DNA of 45,222 nucleotides from an uncultured bacterium (GCA_964451145.1 CAYVHK010000001.1:5873-51094), one strand, 5' to 3'. Positions 9,401-18,447 are shown, counted from the stretch's first letter. Numbers and translations are program-made. Notes: a model not told the origin generated them from the sequence alone.

Positions 9401-12400
9401 AGGAACGGGCAGAAAACGATATTGTTGAGTTAAAGAGTTTGCAAAAACAGATTAGGAGTCTCAATTCCGGGTTGCCGGAAGAAACCAAAGACTTGCTTCG
9501 TAACAACATGATGACTCTTAGAAATGCTCGATTTCGTAACATTCAGCAAAGAGCTGAGCGGTTGTACCGTATCAGCAAATTGGAATACAATCGAAAACTG
9601 AAAGCTATCGAGCAAGCAATCGCTTTACAGGATACTTTCAATCGCTTTTACACCTCGTTGTTTATGTCGGTTGACTTGTCTAGCCAAAGTAATAAATTCG
9701 GTGTCTTTAATAAAGGATGGTTCTATGACCAACAACCGGAACACGTATTGCGTCGAGAATTTGCCTCTATTGGTAACCGATTAACAGAATATGCTAATCA
9801 AGCTGATTTTGGCGAGCGAATTGATAAGCTTTGGCAGTTTACTGATGACCAAATCCAAAGGGGAATTTCGAGTAATCAGTGGTCAGTAGCCTCAGGTATC
9901 AAACCCAAAAAAGAACTTGAAGGTAAAACACTAGAGTCTTTGATTTCTAACCATTATGACACTTTGACCGGTTTGGGTGGTGTTTCCCGCCTGATGCGGA
10001 TGCAATTTGAACAAATGAAAGATAGGGGCGAGCCGTCGGAGGACATGCTCAAAGACATGGATTATATCCGTAAAGAAGTTGAGCGGTTTGTGCGAAACGA
10101 CATTCGATCAGCCCGAAAAACGCGCAAAAATTTAATACGTCGTATGAATAAGCTGGAAAGCCAACTTGCACTTAGAGGTGAAGACCCGGCTCAATTAACC
10201 ACGGATGAAATTGACGACATTAAGGCTTTGATCAGTGTGGTTGGATTGGGTGGCGATAGCAATTTTGTTAATGCTATTTCAGCCAGCGGCGGTAAGACTT
10301 GGCGAACCCATATTCCAGGGAAAATAGCCTTTGATAGTGAAGTGGCGACTTTGACTGGTAAAACAGGAATTGCTTTTGCAACCGTAGATGATCGGCGCGT
10401 TTTGACCGACACGCCATTGGATACGATTGATCGCATGGATCTCAAAAAAAATGGGAACTTACACGTTCAGATCAAGTCGCTAGCATCTATTCTAATCCAA
10501 GCCTTGCGAGATCCGTCGATGCCGACCGCAGCTCGCGTTGATAATTTTTATTGTAGCTTGATCGGTAATGTTGTTGAATTCGATGCCAGAGAGAGTGCTG
10601 TTCCCAATAAGCCAGTACCAGAACCAATTTTGACCATTCGTCGTAAACACAAGTCCCTGATGGGTGTTCGCGGAGACTTATTCGTAATGGGCGATAACCG
10701 AGGTGTTTATGAAGTTACTGGCTTAGCTATGGAAGGCCGAGCTACCAACAGATTGGGTGGGAAACAAGAAATTGAAGCCTACGTCCTTGATAATGAATCA
10801 GGGGATATTACTTATGCTCCCGATTTGGGGAATTATGGTGCTAAGCTATTACCCAATAAAATACCTATTGATCGACGAAGACGCGGCGCTCCAATAGTAG
10901 TTTTCAAATGTGTATCGACTACTATCTATGATTTGGTTGATCAGCGTTACCTCAGAACCTTACGCAATTTGGACGTATATGATGCGGCTACCGACAGCGC
11001 GCCAGAAAAATATGGTGTTTCAAAACCTTGGCAACAAGAAGGTGTTTCAGCTACTGAGCCAATTGCGCTAGTTTACTCTGAACCCAATAGCCGTTTGAAG
11101 TTAGGAATGTCCTATGGTCAAATTGGTAAACGGCTACTATTAATCAAAGCGGGGCAAAGCGGCACTAAAAATCCAACCCTATACACGGGAGAGGGTTTTG
11201 TAGTCCGTGAAAATGGTTCAATTCGTACGACACCTTATGTTGTTGTTCGCGACATGTGGTGGCTAGACGAAAATAGGTCCCGCTTATACAAGCGTTTTGG
11301 CATTAGCAGTGAGCGTTTAGACCAACTTCACCGCTATGCTAATGAACATCTTTCCCAAGCCGAAATAGCTCTCAATAAAGGAGCTTATGATTCGGCCATG
11401 CAACTGGCTCGTGCGGCTTGGGGGTACGAGTCTTTAGCCTATCCAGATGTCAAGAAAACAGGTAACGATGTAGTCAATGGGGTCATGTTCTACTTAGCGC
11501 TTTTACTGCCTTTTTCCTATTTTATGGAGCGGCTGGTTTTTGGTTTCCCCAGTGTCAACAAGCAATTGATCGGTACATTTGCTGTTTTTGTTTTGTCCTT
11601 CGTGTTTTTGGCTATGGTTCATCCAGCGTTCCAAATTACTACCACCCCGGTCATTATTTTGATCGCTTTTATTGTTTTGGCTTTGTCGGTTATTGTAATT
11701 GCTATCATCATTCGTAAGTTTGAAGAGCAGTTGGAAAAGATCAAGCAAGAATCTTCTAAAGTTTACAAAGCTGATGTTGGTCGACTGTCGGCTTCGGCGG
11801 CAGCTTTTAGTTTGGGCATCTCAAACATGAGGAAGCGAAGTGGACGAACCATTTTAACGTCTGCGACCTTGGTTATTTTGACATTTACCGTGATTTCTTT
11901 TACTTCGGTTCGAACCTTTGTCCGTCCTAACAGAACGACTTTGGGAACAGTGACACCTAAATACAATGGCATGTTGATTCGAGACCAATATTGGCGAGCA
12001 TTAGAGGAGCCAGTATACACTTCCATCGCTAATGATCTGACCTATAAAGACATTGAAATATCCGACCTGATAGCTAGGAAAGAACAAGAGATTAGGCGCC
12101 TTAAAGGACTATTTGATAAGAGTAAAACTAGCTCCATAAAGAGAGATTTGCAAGTTCGAATTACTAAACTAACTGAACAAGTAGACAAGTTGGAAAGGCT
12201 ATCATTGACTCAATCGCCAACTAGCGATGGTCAACTAATTTCCGCTAATAGTAGTAACAAAAAGACTCAAAAAAATGAGACAAAGATTACAGTTCGCAAC
12301 GTTGTCGCGCCACGGGCTTGGTACCAATCCTCTGGAACTGGTGATCAATCGTTCGTTCAGTTGACCCGAATCGAGAATCCACTCGATCCAGTTCCTCCTT

Positions 12401-13944
12401 TGAATGCTGGTAACAAGCCCAAAAGCTACCAAGCCAATATGCTGATTGGTATGAGCCATGAAGAGCCAAATATTACTGGTATAGATAGTCATTTGATTTA
12501 TGGAAAATGGTTTTCTCCTGAAGAAGATGACGAGTGGTCAACTGATTGGCCTAACGCTTGTGTCTTACCAAAAGGGATGGCTGATATTCTGGGCATCACC
12601 GAATCCGATATGGGCAGGGCTACCGTTCAAGTTGGTGGTGCTAAGTATACGGTTACTGGTGTTCTCGGTTTGACCTTCAAAGACTTGAAAGATAATGACG
12701 GTGAAGAGATGACACCAGTCGACTATCAACTCATGAATCAGCAACAGTCCCGTGGTGGCCAAGGCGACGAAACACTAGAAGGTGAATTACAGAAGTACAT
12801 TCACCTAACACCAGATAGCATCGCGGTGTTGCCTTATGACGTAATTATGAATATGGGTGGTAAACTCCAGTCAGTTGCCGTTAATATGGCTCGCAATCAG
12901 AACGATTTGGCTGAACTTGATCCCATCGAAAAATTGGACTTAATTATGGTTCCTTTGATGAACCGGGTAGCATTAGACTTATTTGTCGGTCGTGGTGATG
13001 AAGCTTATCTATATAGTTCAATTGGTATGACCTCCTTCTCAGGTATGACTAACCTATTTGTCCCTATCCTGATTGCATCACTGATTGTCTTAAACACTAT
13101 GCTGGGAGCTGTTTACGAGCGAGTGCGTGAAATAGGAATTTATAGTTCGGTTGGTCTGGCACCGGTTCATATTGCCTTTTTGTTTTTAGCTGAAGCATGT
13201 GTATACGCCGTTCTGGGTGCAGTAATCGGTTATCTGTTTGGTCAAGCTGTGGCAACTGTTTTGGTGAAGTTTGGCTTGATGGGTGGTTTGACTCTCAATT
13301 ATTCTTCTATGTCAACGGTTATAGCAACCATTGTGGTTATGATAGTCGTGATTGCCAGCACGCTTTATCCAGCTATTAAAGCCGGTAGGATGGCTGTTCC
13401 AGATATTGAACGGAAATGGAAACTGCCTGAACCAGATGGTGATCTATGGCACTTCAATTTACCATTTACTGTCTTAGCTGAGGAAGCACTCGGTTTGAAT
13501 ATCTTCATGAAAGATTATTTTGACGCTCACGCAGACGAATCGGCCAGCGATTTCTACACCGACCAAGTCTCGTTCAATCAAGTAACCGAAGGTGATGAAA
13601 CGGAATATAGTTGTAACATGATGGTTTGGTTGGCTCCCTATGATCTTGGTGTCAGTCAATTAATTAAATTGGTTACTTCGCCCGTTGGAGGGGAAGAAGA
13701 AGACTTGTACAATATTACTTTAGATGTTCACAGAGATTGTGGGGAAATTGCTTCTTGGATACGAGTGAATCGCAGATTCTTAAATTTGATTCGTAAGCAA
13801 CTCCTGATTTGGCGGACCTTTGGTGCTGATGTTCGTGGAGAATTTCACGAACGGGGACGTCAAGAAAGAATTGAAAATCAATCAGTTGCGTCAACTTCAG
13901 AAGTTGATGGGACAACAACACTGTCGCCAGCGACAGCTACTTAG
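6496..13944 (+). CDS. Giant fusion: signal/TM, 2x LysM, acidic repeats, PA domain, M28-like (pseudo)peptidase with helical inserts, FtsX/MacB-type ABC permease
   Basis: LysM HRVVMGETLDQIAESYQIDPQEII and YRVKPTDTIEMVARQ; DGIDNNGNGLIDE-type repeats; M28 fold NIRGFLPG...VISAYYDA...PGAE...LMELAR...RSVLFV; FtsX signature NTMLGAVYERVREIGIYSSVGLAP...LAEA...TLYPA; about 7 C-terminal TMs. The start may be ATG 6511 (AAGGTGG upstream). Confidence 0.9.
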   Translation: MALVHMIKIKNNWYSPVVSWTIVFLCLFLIVNSNNSAQQDLSLSLSEVAVQIREQVDIGNIRKDIARLSSISTRVTGYPQAASASKYVFDRFVEIGLEDVESRDFPITVPIDQNNSQLELLGTNTVFKLSPLWPNLVRTSLISNGIKHRVVMGETLDQIAESYQIDPQEIINHNPFLQRTETNEMLVEGNEVFIPTGGLTVPIIDAGTCDLKQFNGTDVGGFWYRVKPTDTIEMVARQNGVGVASITDDVLNRHLQKNEDSIDNNVNGEVDEYGELPLFSEFSEWATDGIDNNGNGLIDEKAGFEKIERDDDGDGLVDEDDEFVAADESHVFIPRGSIVLADFNSGTKWINGAMLGAKAVLFIEPDITMRGEAENKFLTVPANIPRFWIAKSDGEELKRLINSTKQKGQNLEVRLSGKIKWEKKNGQNIRGFLPGSDPQLKDEMIVISAYYDAMSVVPSMAPGAEPTSGIATLMELARIFRSKAFRPGRSVLFVATDAHFQGLAGMRAFMDGIGQDIIGEIEDSAGTPTMHGLRRGLDTDLYELEELGRKIVLSIDRNVLVDLPSDFYSQIHQINSDLDSLVITLDGLFETKNKIELLTKAQRDYKEKQKKKTQSTKKREKQDFTKEEESLLSTNAARFKKEAQQTVHFLRDIISRLDQLQKTAIDECRLAQEELLSKVALPMAHLDLWALKQLTEDLKNKKIQGKYGQTPESSYIQPDEISKGQFVLNEPKNFTGNPDHITTLSNYLQDWEFEDPRKFTLQYGQEKLLDRHLTFRDLQKVKLARATIHSGTKSRAQYVDLEKRILKKVASKIDQSNRAVKAVEDFKSTINRLRQQPLALPKVAVMEAYLTTESKNRLVDLRTDIERKQNEKDGEAEKGNPTASIEVAITDLTKDKQAILEVGMRNARIEKQRIDDLLAIHHQLDRLYLKEEELAIRNYLDDSDTESALQARLQIGAYLTEDRLLSYVKERAENDIVELKSLQKQIRSLNSGLPEETKDLLRNNMMTLRNARFRNIQQRAERLYRISKLEYNRKLKAIEQAIALQDTFNRFYTSLFMSVDLSSQSNKFGVFNKGWFYDQQPEHVLRREFASIGNRLTEYANQADFGERIDKLWQFTDDQIQRGISSNQWSVASGIKPKKELEGKTLESLISNHYDTLTGLGGVSRLMRMQFEQMKDRGEPSEDMLKDMDYIRKEVERFVRNDIRSARKTRKNLIRRMNKLESQLALRGEDPAQLTTDEIDDIKALISVVGLGGDSNFVNAISASGGKTWRTHIPGKIAFDSEVATLTGKTGIAFATVDDRRVLTDTPLDTIDRMDLKKNGNLHVQIKSLASILIQALRDPSMPTAARVDNFYCSLIGNVVEFDARESAVPNKPVPEPILTIRRKHKSLMGVRGDLFVMGDNRGVYEVTGLAMEGRATNRLGGKQEIEAYVLDNESGDITYAPDLGNYGAKLLPNKIPIDRRRRGAPIVVFKCVSTTIYDLVDQRYLRTLRNLDVYDAATDSAPEKYGVSKPWQQEGVSATEPIALVYSEPNSRLKLGMSYGQIGKRLLLIKAGQSGTKNPTLYTGEGFVVRENGSIRTTPYVVVRDMWWLDENRSRLYKRFGISSERLDQLHRYANEHLSQAEIALNKGAYDSAMQLARAAWGYESLAYPDVKKTGNDVVNGVMFYLALLLPFSYFMERLVFGFPSVNKQLIGTFAVFVLSFVFLAMVHPAFQITTTPVIILIAFIVLALSVIVIAIIIRKFEEQLEKIKQESSKVYKADVGRLSASAAAFSLGISNMRKRSGRTILTSATLVILTFTVISFTSVRTFVRPNRTTLGTVTPKYNGMLIRDQYWRALEEPVYTSIANDLTYKDIEISDLIARKEQEIRRLKGLFDKSKTSSIKRDLQVRITKLTEQVDKLERLSLTQSPTSDGQLISANSSNKKTQKNETKITVRNVVAPRAWYQSSGTGDQSFVQLTRIENPLDPVPPLNAGNKPKSYQANMLIGMSHEEPNITGIDSHLIYGKWFSPEEDDEWSTDWPNACVLPKGMADILGITESDMGRATVQVGGAKYTVTGVLGLTFKDLKDNDGEEMTPVDYQLMNQQQSRGGQGDETLEGELQKYIHLTPDSIAVLPYDVIMNMGGKLQSVAVNMARNQNDLAELDPIEKLDLIMVPLMNRVALDLFVGRGDEAYLYSSIGMTSFSGMTNLFVPILIASLIVLNTMLGAVYERVREIGIYSSVGLAPVHIAFLFLAEACVYAVLGAVIGYLFGQAVATVLVKFGLMGGLTLNYSSMSTVIATIVVMIVVIASTLYPAIKAGRMAVPDIERKWKLPEPDGDLWHFNLPFTVLAEEALGLNIFMKDYFDAHADESASDFYTDQVSFNQVTEGDETEYSCNMMVWLAPYDLGVSQLIKLVTSPVGGEEEDLYNITLDVHRDCGEIASWIRVNRRFLNLIRKQLLIWRTFGADVRGEFHERGRQERIENQSVASTSEVDGTTTLSPATAT

Positions 13945-13998
13945 GTTTTTATACGACGAAAGGTCAAATTTTATAACTAGATAGATTAGGTATAAAAA

Positions 13999-14169
13999 AT
14001 GGAAAAAGCGGCAAGTCTTGTTATCATTATTGGTGTTTTATTCTGGGTCATCTCCATCCTGATTTTTAAGGGTTTGTGGCGATTCCAGATGCTGTCGGCT
14101 GGGGTAATAATTTTTGGTATTATCCTAGCACATACTTGGGAAGAGTTGTTCCGCAACGAAGACGAGTGA
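13999..14169 (+). CDS. Small two-TM membrane protein (56 aa), below the ORF-track cutoff
   Basis: Hand translation MEKAASLVIIIGVLFWVISILIFKGLWRFQMLSAGVIIFGIILAHTWEELFRNEDE*; fills the gap in the operon; AGGT upstream. Confidence 0.75.
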   Translation: MEKAASLVIIIGVLFWVISILIFKGLWRFQMLSAGVIIFGIILAHTWEELFRNEDE

Positions 14170-14200
14170 CCCAGTCGCTATTATGTAACGGAGGAAGGAT

Positions 14201-16192
14201 TTGGCAAGGAAACGGGTAACCCAAGCTGAAGAATGGCAAGCATGGGCTAAACGATACGATATTGATGGTGGTATCCGGGATTTTGAGTCAGGATTAACAC
14301 TCAAAGTCTTTTTAGGGGCTTTGTTTGTCGGACTCCTGATGATGCCAGGGTCTCTCTACCTAACTTTTGTTTCTGGTGAAGCTGGAGCGGCCGCAGCCTC
14401 TTGGGTGGCTGTTATCTTATTTACTGAGCTATCGAGGCGATCTTTTACTACTGCTACCCGCCAAGAACTGTACATGCTTCTGGGGTTAACAGGTGCCGCA
14501 GTTGGTTCTGGCACACAATATCGAAACTTTATTTGGTATGCCTATTTCATCAATACCCCACAGGCTGCTTCTTACGAAATTGCAGACAAAATTCCTTGGT
14601 GGGTCTGCCCACCACCCGATTCTATAGCCATTGCTGAACGTACGCTTCTACACATGGACTGGTTTTGGCCGATTTTTATCTATGTGATTTTTAAGTTATT
14701 AGGCACAGTTCGACATATCAGTGCTGGTTATCTTTTATTTCGTTTGACTGCAGATCTTGAGCGTTTACCTTACCCCATGGCACCAATTGCAGCACAAGGT
14801 GCAACAGCCTTAGCCGAAACAACAGGCCGAGGGGAAACCTGGAAATGGCGCATTTTTTCAATTGGTTCTATGGCTGGATTGATTTGGGGTTTCATTTACA
14901 TTGGTGTCCCGTCTTTAACCGGTTTAATGATGACAGAACCAATTCAGATTCTCAAGATTCCCTTCATTGATTTCACCCAAGCTATTGAGGGTTTTGCACC
15001 ATCTGGTCTTTTCGCACTTCGAACTGATTTTAGCCAAATCATTACCGGATTTGTCATGCCTTTTCCTGTTGTTATGTCGGAGTTTATAACGGCAACTTTC
15101 AGTCAGTTTTTTTTAAATCCGCTACTGTACAAGCAAGGGATTTTGGTGCAATGGAAAGCTGGGATGGACGTACGTCAAGCTGGATTGGTTAACGGATTAG
15201 ATTTTTGGATTAGTTATGGAATGGGCAAAAGTTTCAGTATCGCTATCATTGGATTGGCGACCTCGATACCGATGGTGCTTAAGTTAAGGGCGAACAAGAA
15301 AGAAAAATCTGGTCAAAGAGGCACACTAGACCCACCTCCAGGACGGGGTGATTTCCCTCTTTGGTTAATGGCTGCTCTTTGGCTTTTTGGTATGGCAGTC
15401 TACATTTACATCGTTCACAAGTTCATGGTACCGAACTTTCCGTTGACATTTTTACTAGGTTTTGCTTTCCTATACACACCGCTAAATTCTTATGTAACCG
15501 CTCGTACTTTTGGTGTGTTAGGTAAAGACCTGTTTGACATCCCTTACATTCACGAAATGACTTTCATTTTAAGCCGCTATGAGGAAGTTGATATTTGGTT
15601 TGTTCATTTGCCAGACGAAGACTATGGCCGGGGTACTCAACACTGGCGAGTACTGGAATTAACAGGTACTACTTTTACTAGTAATATTGCTGGCCAACTT
15701 TTGATTATGCCAATTTTGATTGTTGCAGGTATTTTAGTGATGCACTTTATATGGCAAATTGCCCCTATTCCATCGGCTCAATATCCTTTTGCTAATATGA
15801 TGTGGCCAATACAAGCTACGATGGAGTGTGTCACAAAAACTGCACTTAGAGATGGGAACAGCCAAATGCTTCAAGCTATTCGTGGTGATTATGTTTCAAC
15901 CGGATTTACCTCTTCACTCGCCATTTATGGCGTGTTGTGGATAGCAAAAATGCCAAGCATGTGGTTTTATGGTATCATCGCTGGTATTGGTAATGACCCT
16001 GGTATCATTCTACCTCGCTTAATTGGCGCGGTCATCGGCCGTTTCTATATGATTAAGCGGTTCGGTCTGAAGCGCTGGTTTATGTTTAACCCTGTCTTAG
16101 CTGCAGGATTCACCTGTGGTGTTGGTTTAACGGGCATGGCTGTTGTTGCCATTTCGCTGGTCTCCAAAGCGGTTATTGTAAAACCTTTCTAG
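14201..16192 (+). CDS. OPT (oligopeptide transporter)-superfamily-like polytopic membrane protein
   Basis: Many TMs; GLTLKVFLGALFVGLLMMPGSLYL, RQELY, ERLPYPMAP (OPT-like LxYP motif); TTG start with GGAGG at 14190-14194. Confidence 0.8.
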   Translation: MARKRVTQAEEWQAWAKRYDIDGGIRDFESGLTLKVFLGALFVGLLMMPGSLYLTFVSGEAGAAAASWVAVILFTELSRRSFTTATRQELYMLLGLTGAAVGSGTQYRNFIWYAYFINTPQAASYEIADKIPWWVCPPPDSIAIAERTLLHMDWFWPIFIYVIFKLLGTVRHISAGYLLFRLTADLERLPYPMAPIAAQGATALAETTGRGETWKWRIFSIGSMAGLIWGFIYIGVPSLTGLMMTEPIQILKIPFIDFTQAIEGFAPSGLFALRTDFSQIITGFVMPFPVVMSEFITATFSQFFLNPLLYKQGILVQWKAGMDVRQAGLVNGLDFWISYGMGKSFSIAIIGLATSIPMVLKLRANKKEKSGQRGTLDPPPGRGDFPLWLMAALWLFGMAVYIYIVHKFMVPNFPLTFLLGFAFLYTPLNSYVTARTFGVLGKDLFDIPYIHEMTFILSRYEEVDIWFVHLPDEDYGRGTQHWRVLELTGTTFTSNIAGQLLIMPILIVAGILVMHFIWQIAPIPSAQYPFANMMWPIQATMECVTKTALRDGNSQMLQAIRGDYVSTGFTSSLAIYGVLWIAKMPSMWFYGIIAGIGNDPGIILPRLIGAVIGRFYMIKRFGLKRWFMFNPVLAAGFTCGVGLTGMAVVAISLVSKAVIVKPF

Positions 16193-16231
16193 AACCATCA
16201 CACAAACTAACCAAAACTTAAAATAACGAGA

Positions 16232-16987
16232 TTGAAATACAAGCCGATGAAACACTTATGGTTGTTCTTGCTAATTTTGGCTAGCAGTACAGGTTGTTTG
16301 ACACAATTGACCAAAAATCTATCTCCCAGTGGTGAATTCGTTAATTATGCTCTAGCCGAGAATGGTGCCACTGCTATTGCTTCGGGTAGTAGTGGCGATC
16401 GTAATGCTAGTACTGTTATCAATGGAATAAAAGACTCTAAGGATTGGGATAAGGGTGAAGGTTGGGAGATGACTTTCAACCGCGAACATATGCGCGCTGG
16501 TATGATGCGGTACGAACGTCGGATGAATCGTAAGGAGCAACGTGGTGGTGCATGGGTTGAGGTGCGGCTGCCTGAACCTAAGCGAGTGAACCGGATGGTC
16601 ATTTATACCCTTGATAGCAATAAATATCCAGTATCCAAGTTCGGTATATATGAAGGTAACTTCCAAATTTGGGACGATGGTAATTGGAAAACAATAGCCA
16701 AGGTTAAGAATGGAAAAGTTGAATACCTGACAACCACAGCAGGTAGAACTGAAGCCAAAGGCCGGATCTTGTTACGTTTCCAACCCATCCTAACTAACAT
16801 GGCACGTGTCATGATTTTTCGTAGCAACGATCGAAAGGTCATCGACAAAACCTATAGTTCGACTATCGAGGAAAATACCGCTCGGATTGTTGAAATCGAA
16901 ATCACAGGATATGACACTTTCGACCCGGCTACTCAAGCTAGCAAAAATCAAGAAGAAGACGAACTGGATAGTCTATTGAAACAATAA
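16232..16987 (+). CDS. Lipoprotein with a discoidin (F5/8 type C) / galactose-binding-like domain
   Basis: Lipobox STGC after a hydrophobic stretch (likely start ATG 16247); NYAL..GATAIAS...INGI...W...WVEVRLPEPKRVNRMVIY...IVEIEI pattern. Confidence 0.75.
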   Translation: MKYKPMKHLWLFLLILASSTGCLTQLTKNLSPSGEFVNYALAENGATAIASGSSGDRNASTVINGIKDSKDWDKGEGWEMTFNREHMRAGMMRYERRMNRKEQRGGAWVEVRLPEPKRVNRMVIYTLDSNKYPVSKFGIYEGNFQIWDDGNWKTIAKVKNGKVEYLTTTAGRTEAKGRILLRFQPILTNMARVMIFRSNDRKVIDKTYSSTIEENTARIVEIEITGYDTFDPATQASKNQEEDELDSLLKQ

Positions 16988-16994
16988 ACAAAAC

Positions 16995-17465
16995 ATGGTA
17001 TGGACGACGTTTGGTTGGGCTGGTATTACCCTTTCGATCCCTAATGACTGGGAAATTTCTGGTATTAGTGGTGACCAAAAGTCGGGTTACTTGAGACTCG
17101 ACGACGCAGAAATGCCGCGATTAGAGCTGAAGTGGTCGGAGGATAAGCGGCGACGAGGAGTTAATAAGGACGACTTACATTCTGTTCTAGATGAGTATTT
17201 CAAGCTGGTGCGGAAGAGCTACCGCCGAAAAGGGAAGAAAAAGTCAGGCTCGAACGATCTTAATATCAAGAGAGAAGTAGATTTTTTCAAAAAAGATGAT
17301 GACGTTCCTTTACACGCTCCCATCTTTTTTCAGTGGCGTGGCGATATTTTTGCTCATGGAGTAATATACCATTGTCCCAATAGTAAACGAATTACCATTG
17401 CTCAGGTAATGGGTCAAACCCGTCAGGGCCTACGTGCTATTTCGATTCCACTTTTTTTGTCTTAG
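16995..17465 (+). CDS. Hypothetical protein, N-terminal part of an apparently split gene
   Basis: Tight operon position; W-rich motif WAGITLSIPNDWEISGISGDQKSGYLRL; ends at TAG in the same frame as the next ORF. Confidence 0.7.
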   Translation: MVWTTFGWAGITLSIPNDWEISGISGDQKSGYLRLDDAEMPRLELKWSEDKRRRGVNKDDLHSVLDEYFKLVRKSYRRKGKKKSGSNDLNIKREVDFFKKDDDVPLHAPIFFQWRGDIFAHGVIYHCPNSKRITIAQVMGQTRQGLRAISIPLFLS

Positions 17466-17471
17466 AAAAAC

Positions 17472-18044
17472 TTGACGACCGGAGAATCCGATAGTCATTT
17501 TCTCTGGAGTGCTTACCAGATGAGTTTTCGTACACCACAACGATATCGATTGGAAAAACAGCAACTGCTCTCAGGCTACTTGCTATTCTCCTTCATTGAC
17601 TCCGGTCCACTTCTTGATCGAAAGCGTCGTTTGAGCGTTGAGCGGTACGGTTTAGCTGATGTACTACTGAAAAATTGTGGATTAGAAGATTGGTTTCGGA
17701 ATCAATACCGTAAATCGCTACAAGGATTCGGTTATCAACTGAAAAAAAAAGATGATGGTATTGATCAGGAATTTATCTTGGTGGGGCAAGAAAATCGGTT
17801 ATCTGATAATATCCCGCTACAACCGGTACAAAACCTAGACCGACTTCAGCGCAGAAAAAGTGTAGCTGCCCATGTACGTCTTTGTCGACAATCAAATCGA
17901 ATCTTCGTGGTACAATCAGTGTCTAAGCAAGAGGCTCTTCCTGTAGTTAATGGAGTAGCAAGTAGTATCTGTTGTCACTCTGATATAATCGACAAAGATA
18001 TAAACACCGAGCTAGAGGATGATACTGACCCAAATACTGTATAA
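17472..18044 (+). CDS. Hypothetical protein, C-terminal part of an apparently split gene
   Basis: Same frame as 16995..17465 and 6 nt after its TAG; weak TTG start with no RBS; WSAYQMSFRTPQRYRL...SGYL echoes the N-terminal motif of the first half. Confidence 0.65.
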   Translation: MTTGESDSHFLWSAYQMSFRTPQRYRLEKQQLLSGYLLFSFIDSGPLLDRKRRLSVERYGLADVLLKNCGLEDWFRNQYRKSLQGFGYQLKKKDDGIDQEFILVGQENRLSDNIPLQPVQNLDRLQRRKSVAAHVRLCRQSNRIFVVQSVSKQEALPVVNGVASSICCHSDIIDKDINTELEDDTDPNTV

Positions 18045-18447
18045 ACTCGGCCTGAAGAAACCCAACCTGCCAGACCGTGGTGAGTTGATGAAAGCACTTC
18101 CATTGCGCAATCAATTAGTAGAATGGAAGGCCGATGATAAAGGAGAAGTTGCCTTAACTATTCCACAAAACCATAAAGCGTGGTTACGAATCTTAGCTCG
18201 GATCTTTAGCCTTCCAGACAAACGTGTCATTGTGCTCGATGATGTAGGATCCTATGTTTGGCAACTATGTGACGGCCAAAAATCATTAAGCCAGATATCC
18301 AAACAAGTCAGCGAAAAATATAACCTGACTGTAAAAGAAGCTGAAATGTCTCTGGTCGAATACCTACGAACACTCGGCAAACGGGGAATCATCGGATTCG
18401 CTATACCCAAGAATATGGAAAAATCAATCAAAAAAGGGAAGAAATAG
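18019..18447 (+). CDS. PqqD-family / RiPP recognition element (RRE)-like protein
   Basis: LDDVGSYVWQLCDGQKSLSQISKQVSEKY...VEYLRTLGKRGII matches the PqqD LNxxGxxIWxxxDG winged-helix pattern; GAGG upstream. Confidence 0.85.
   Translation: MILTQILYKLGLKKPNLPDRGELMKALPLRNQLVEWKADDKGEVALTIPQNHKAWLRILARIFSLPDKRVIVLDDVGSYVWQLCDGQKSLSQISKQVSEKYNLTVKEAEMSLVEYLRTLGKRGIIGFAIPKNMEKSIKKGKK

Noticed and set aside
6507-13921. Many 60-151 aa ORFs within the giant gene, mostly on the minus strand
   Set aside because: They are antisense or alternative-frame by-products of a long coding frame; the Ser-rich 7254..7709 ORF simply mirrors the Asp/Glu repeats
17463-17465. Pyrrolysine or TAG recoding
   Set aside because: TAG is the normal stop for several intact genes here (13944, 16192, 18447, lon, ychF) and no pyl genes are visible
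18019-18447. PQQ biosynthesis (pqqD paired with the radical SAM as pqqE)
   Set aside because: No pqqA (ExxxY peptide), pqqB or pqqC in the window, and the radical SAM gene is in a different operon
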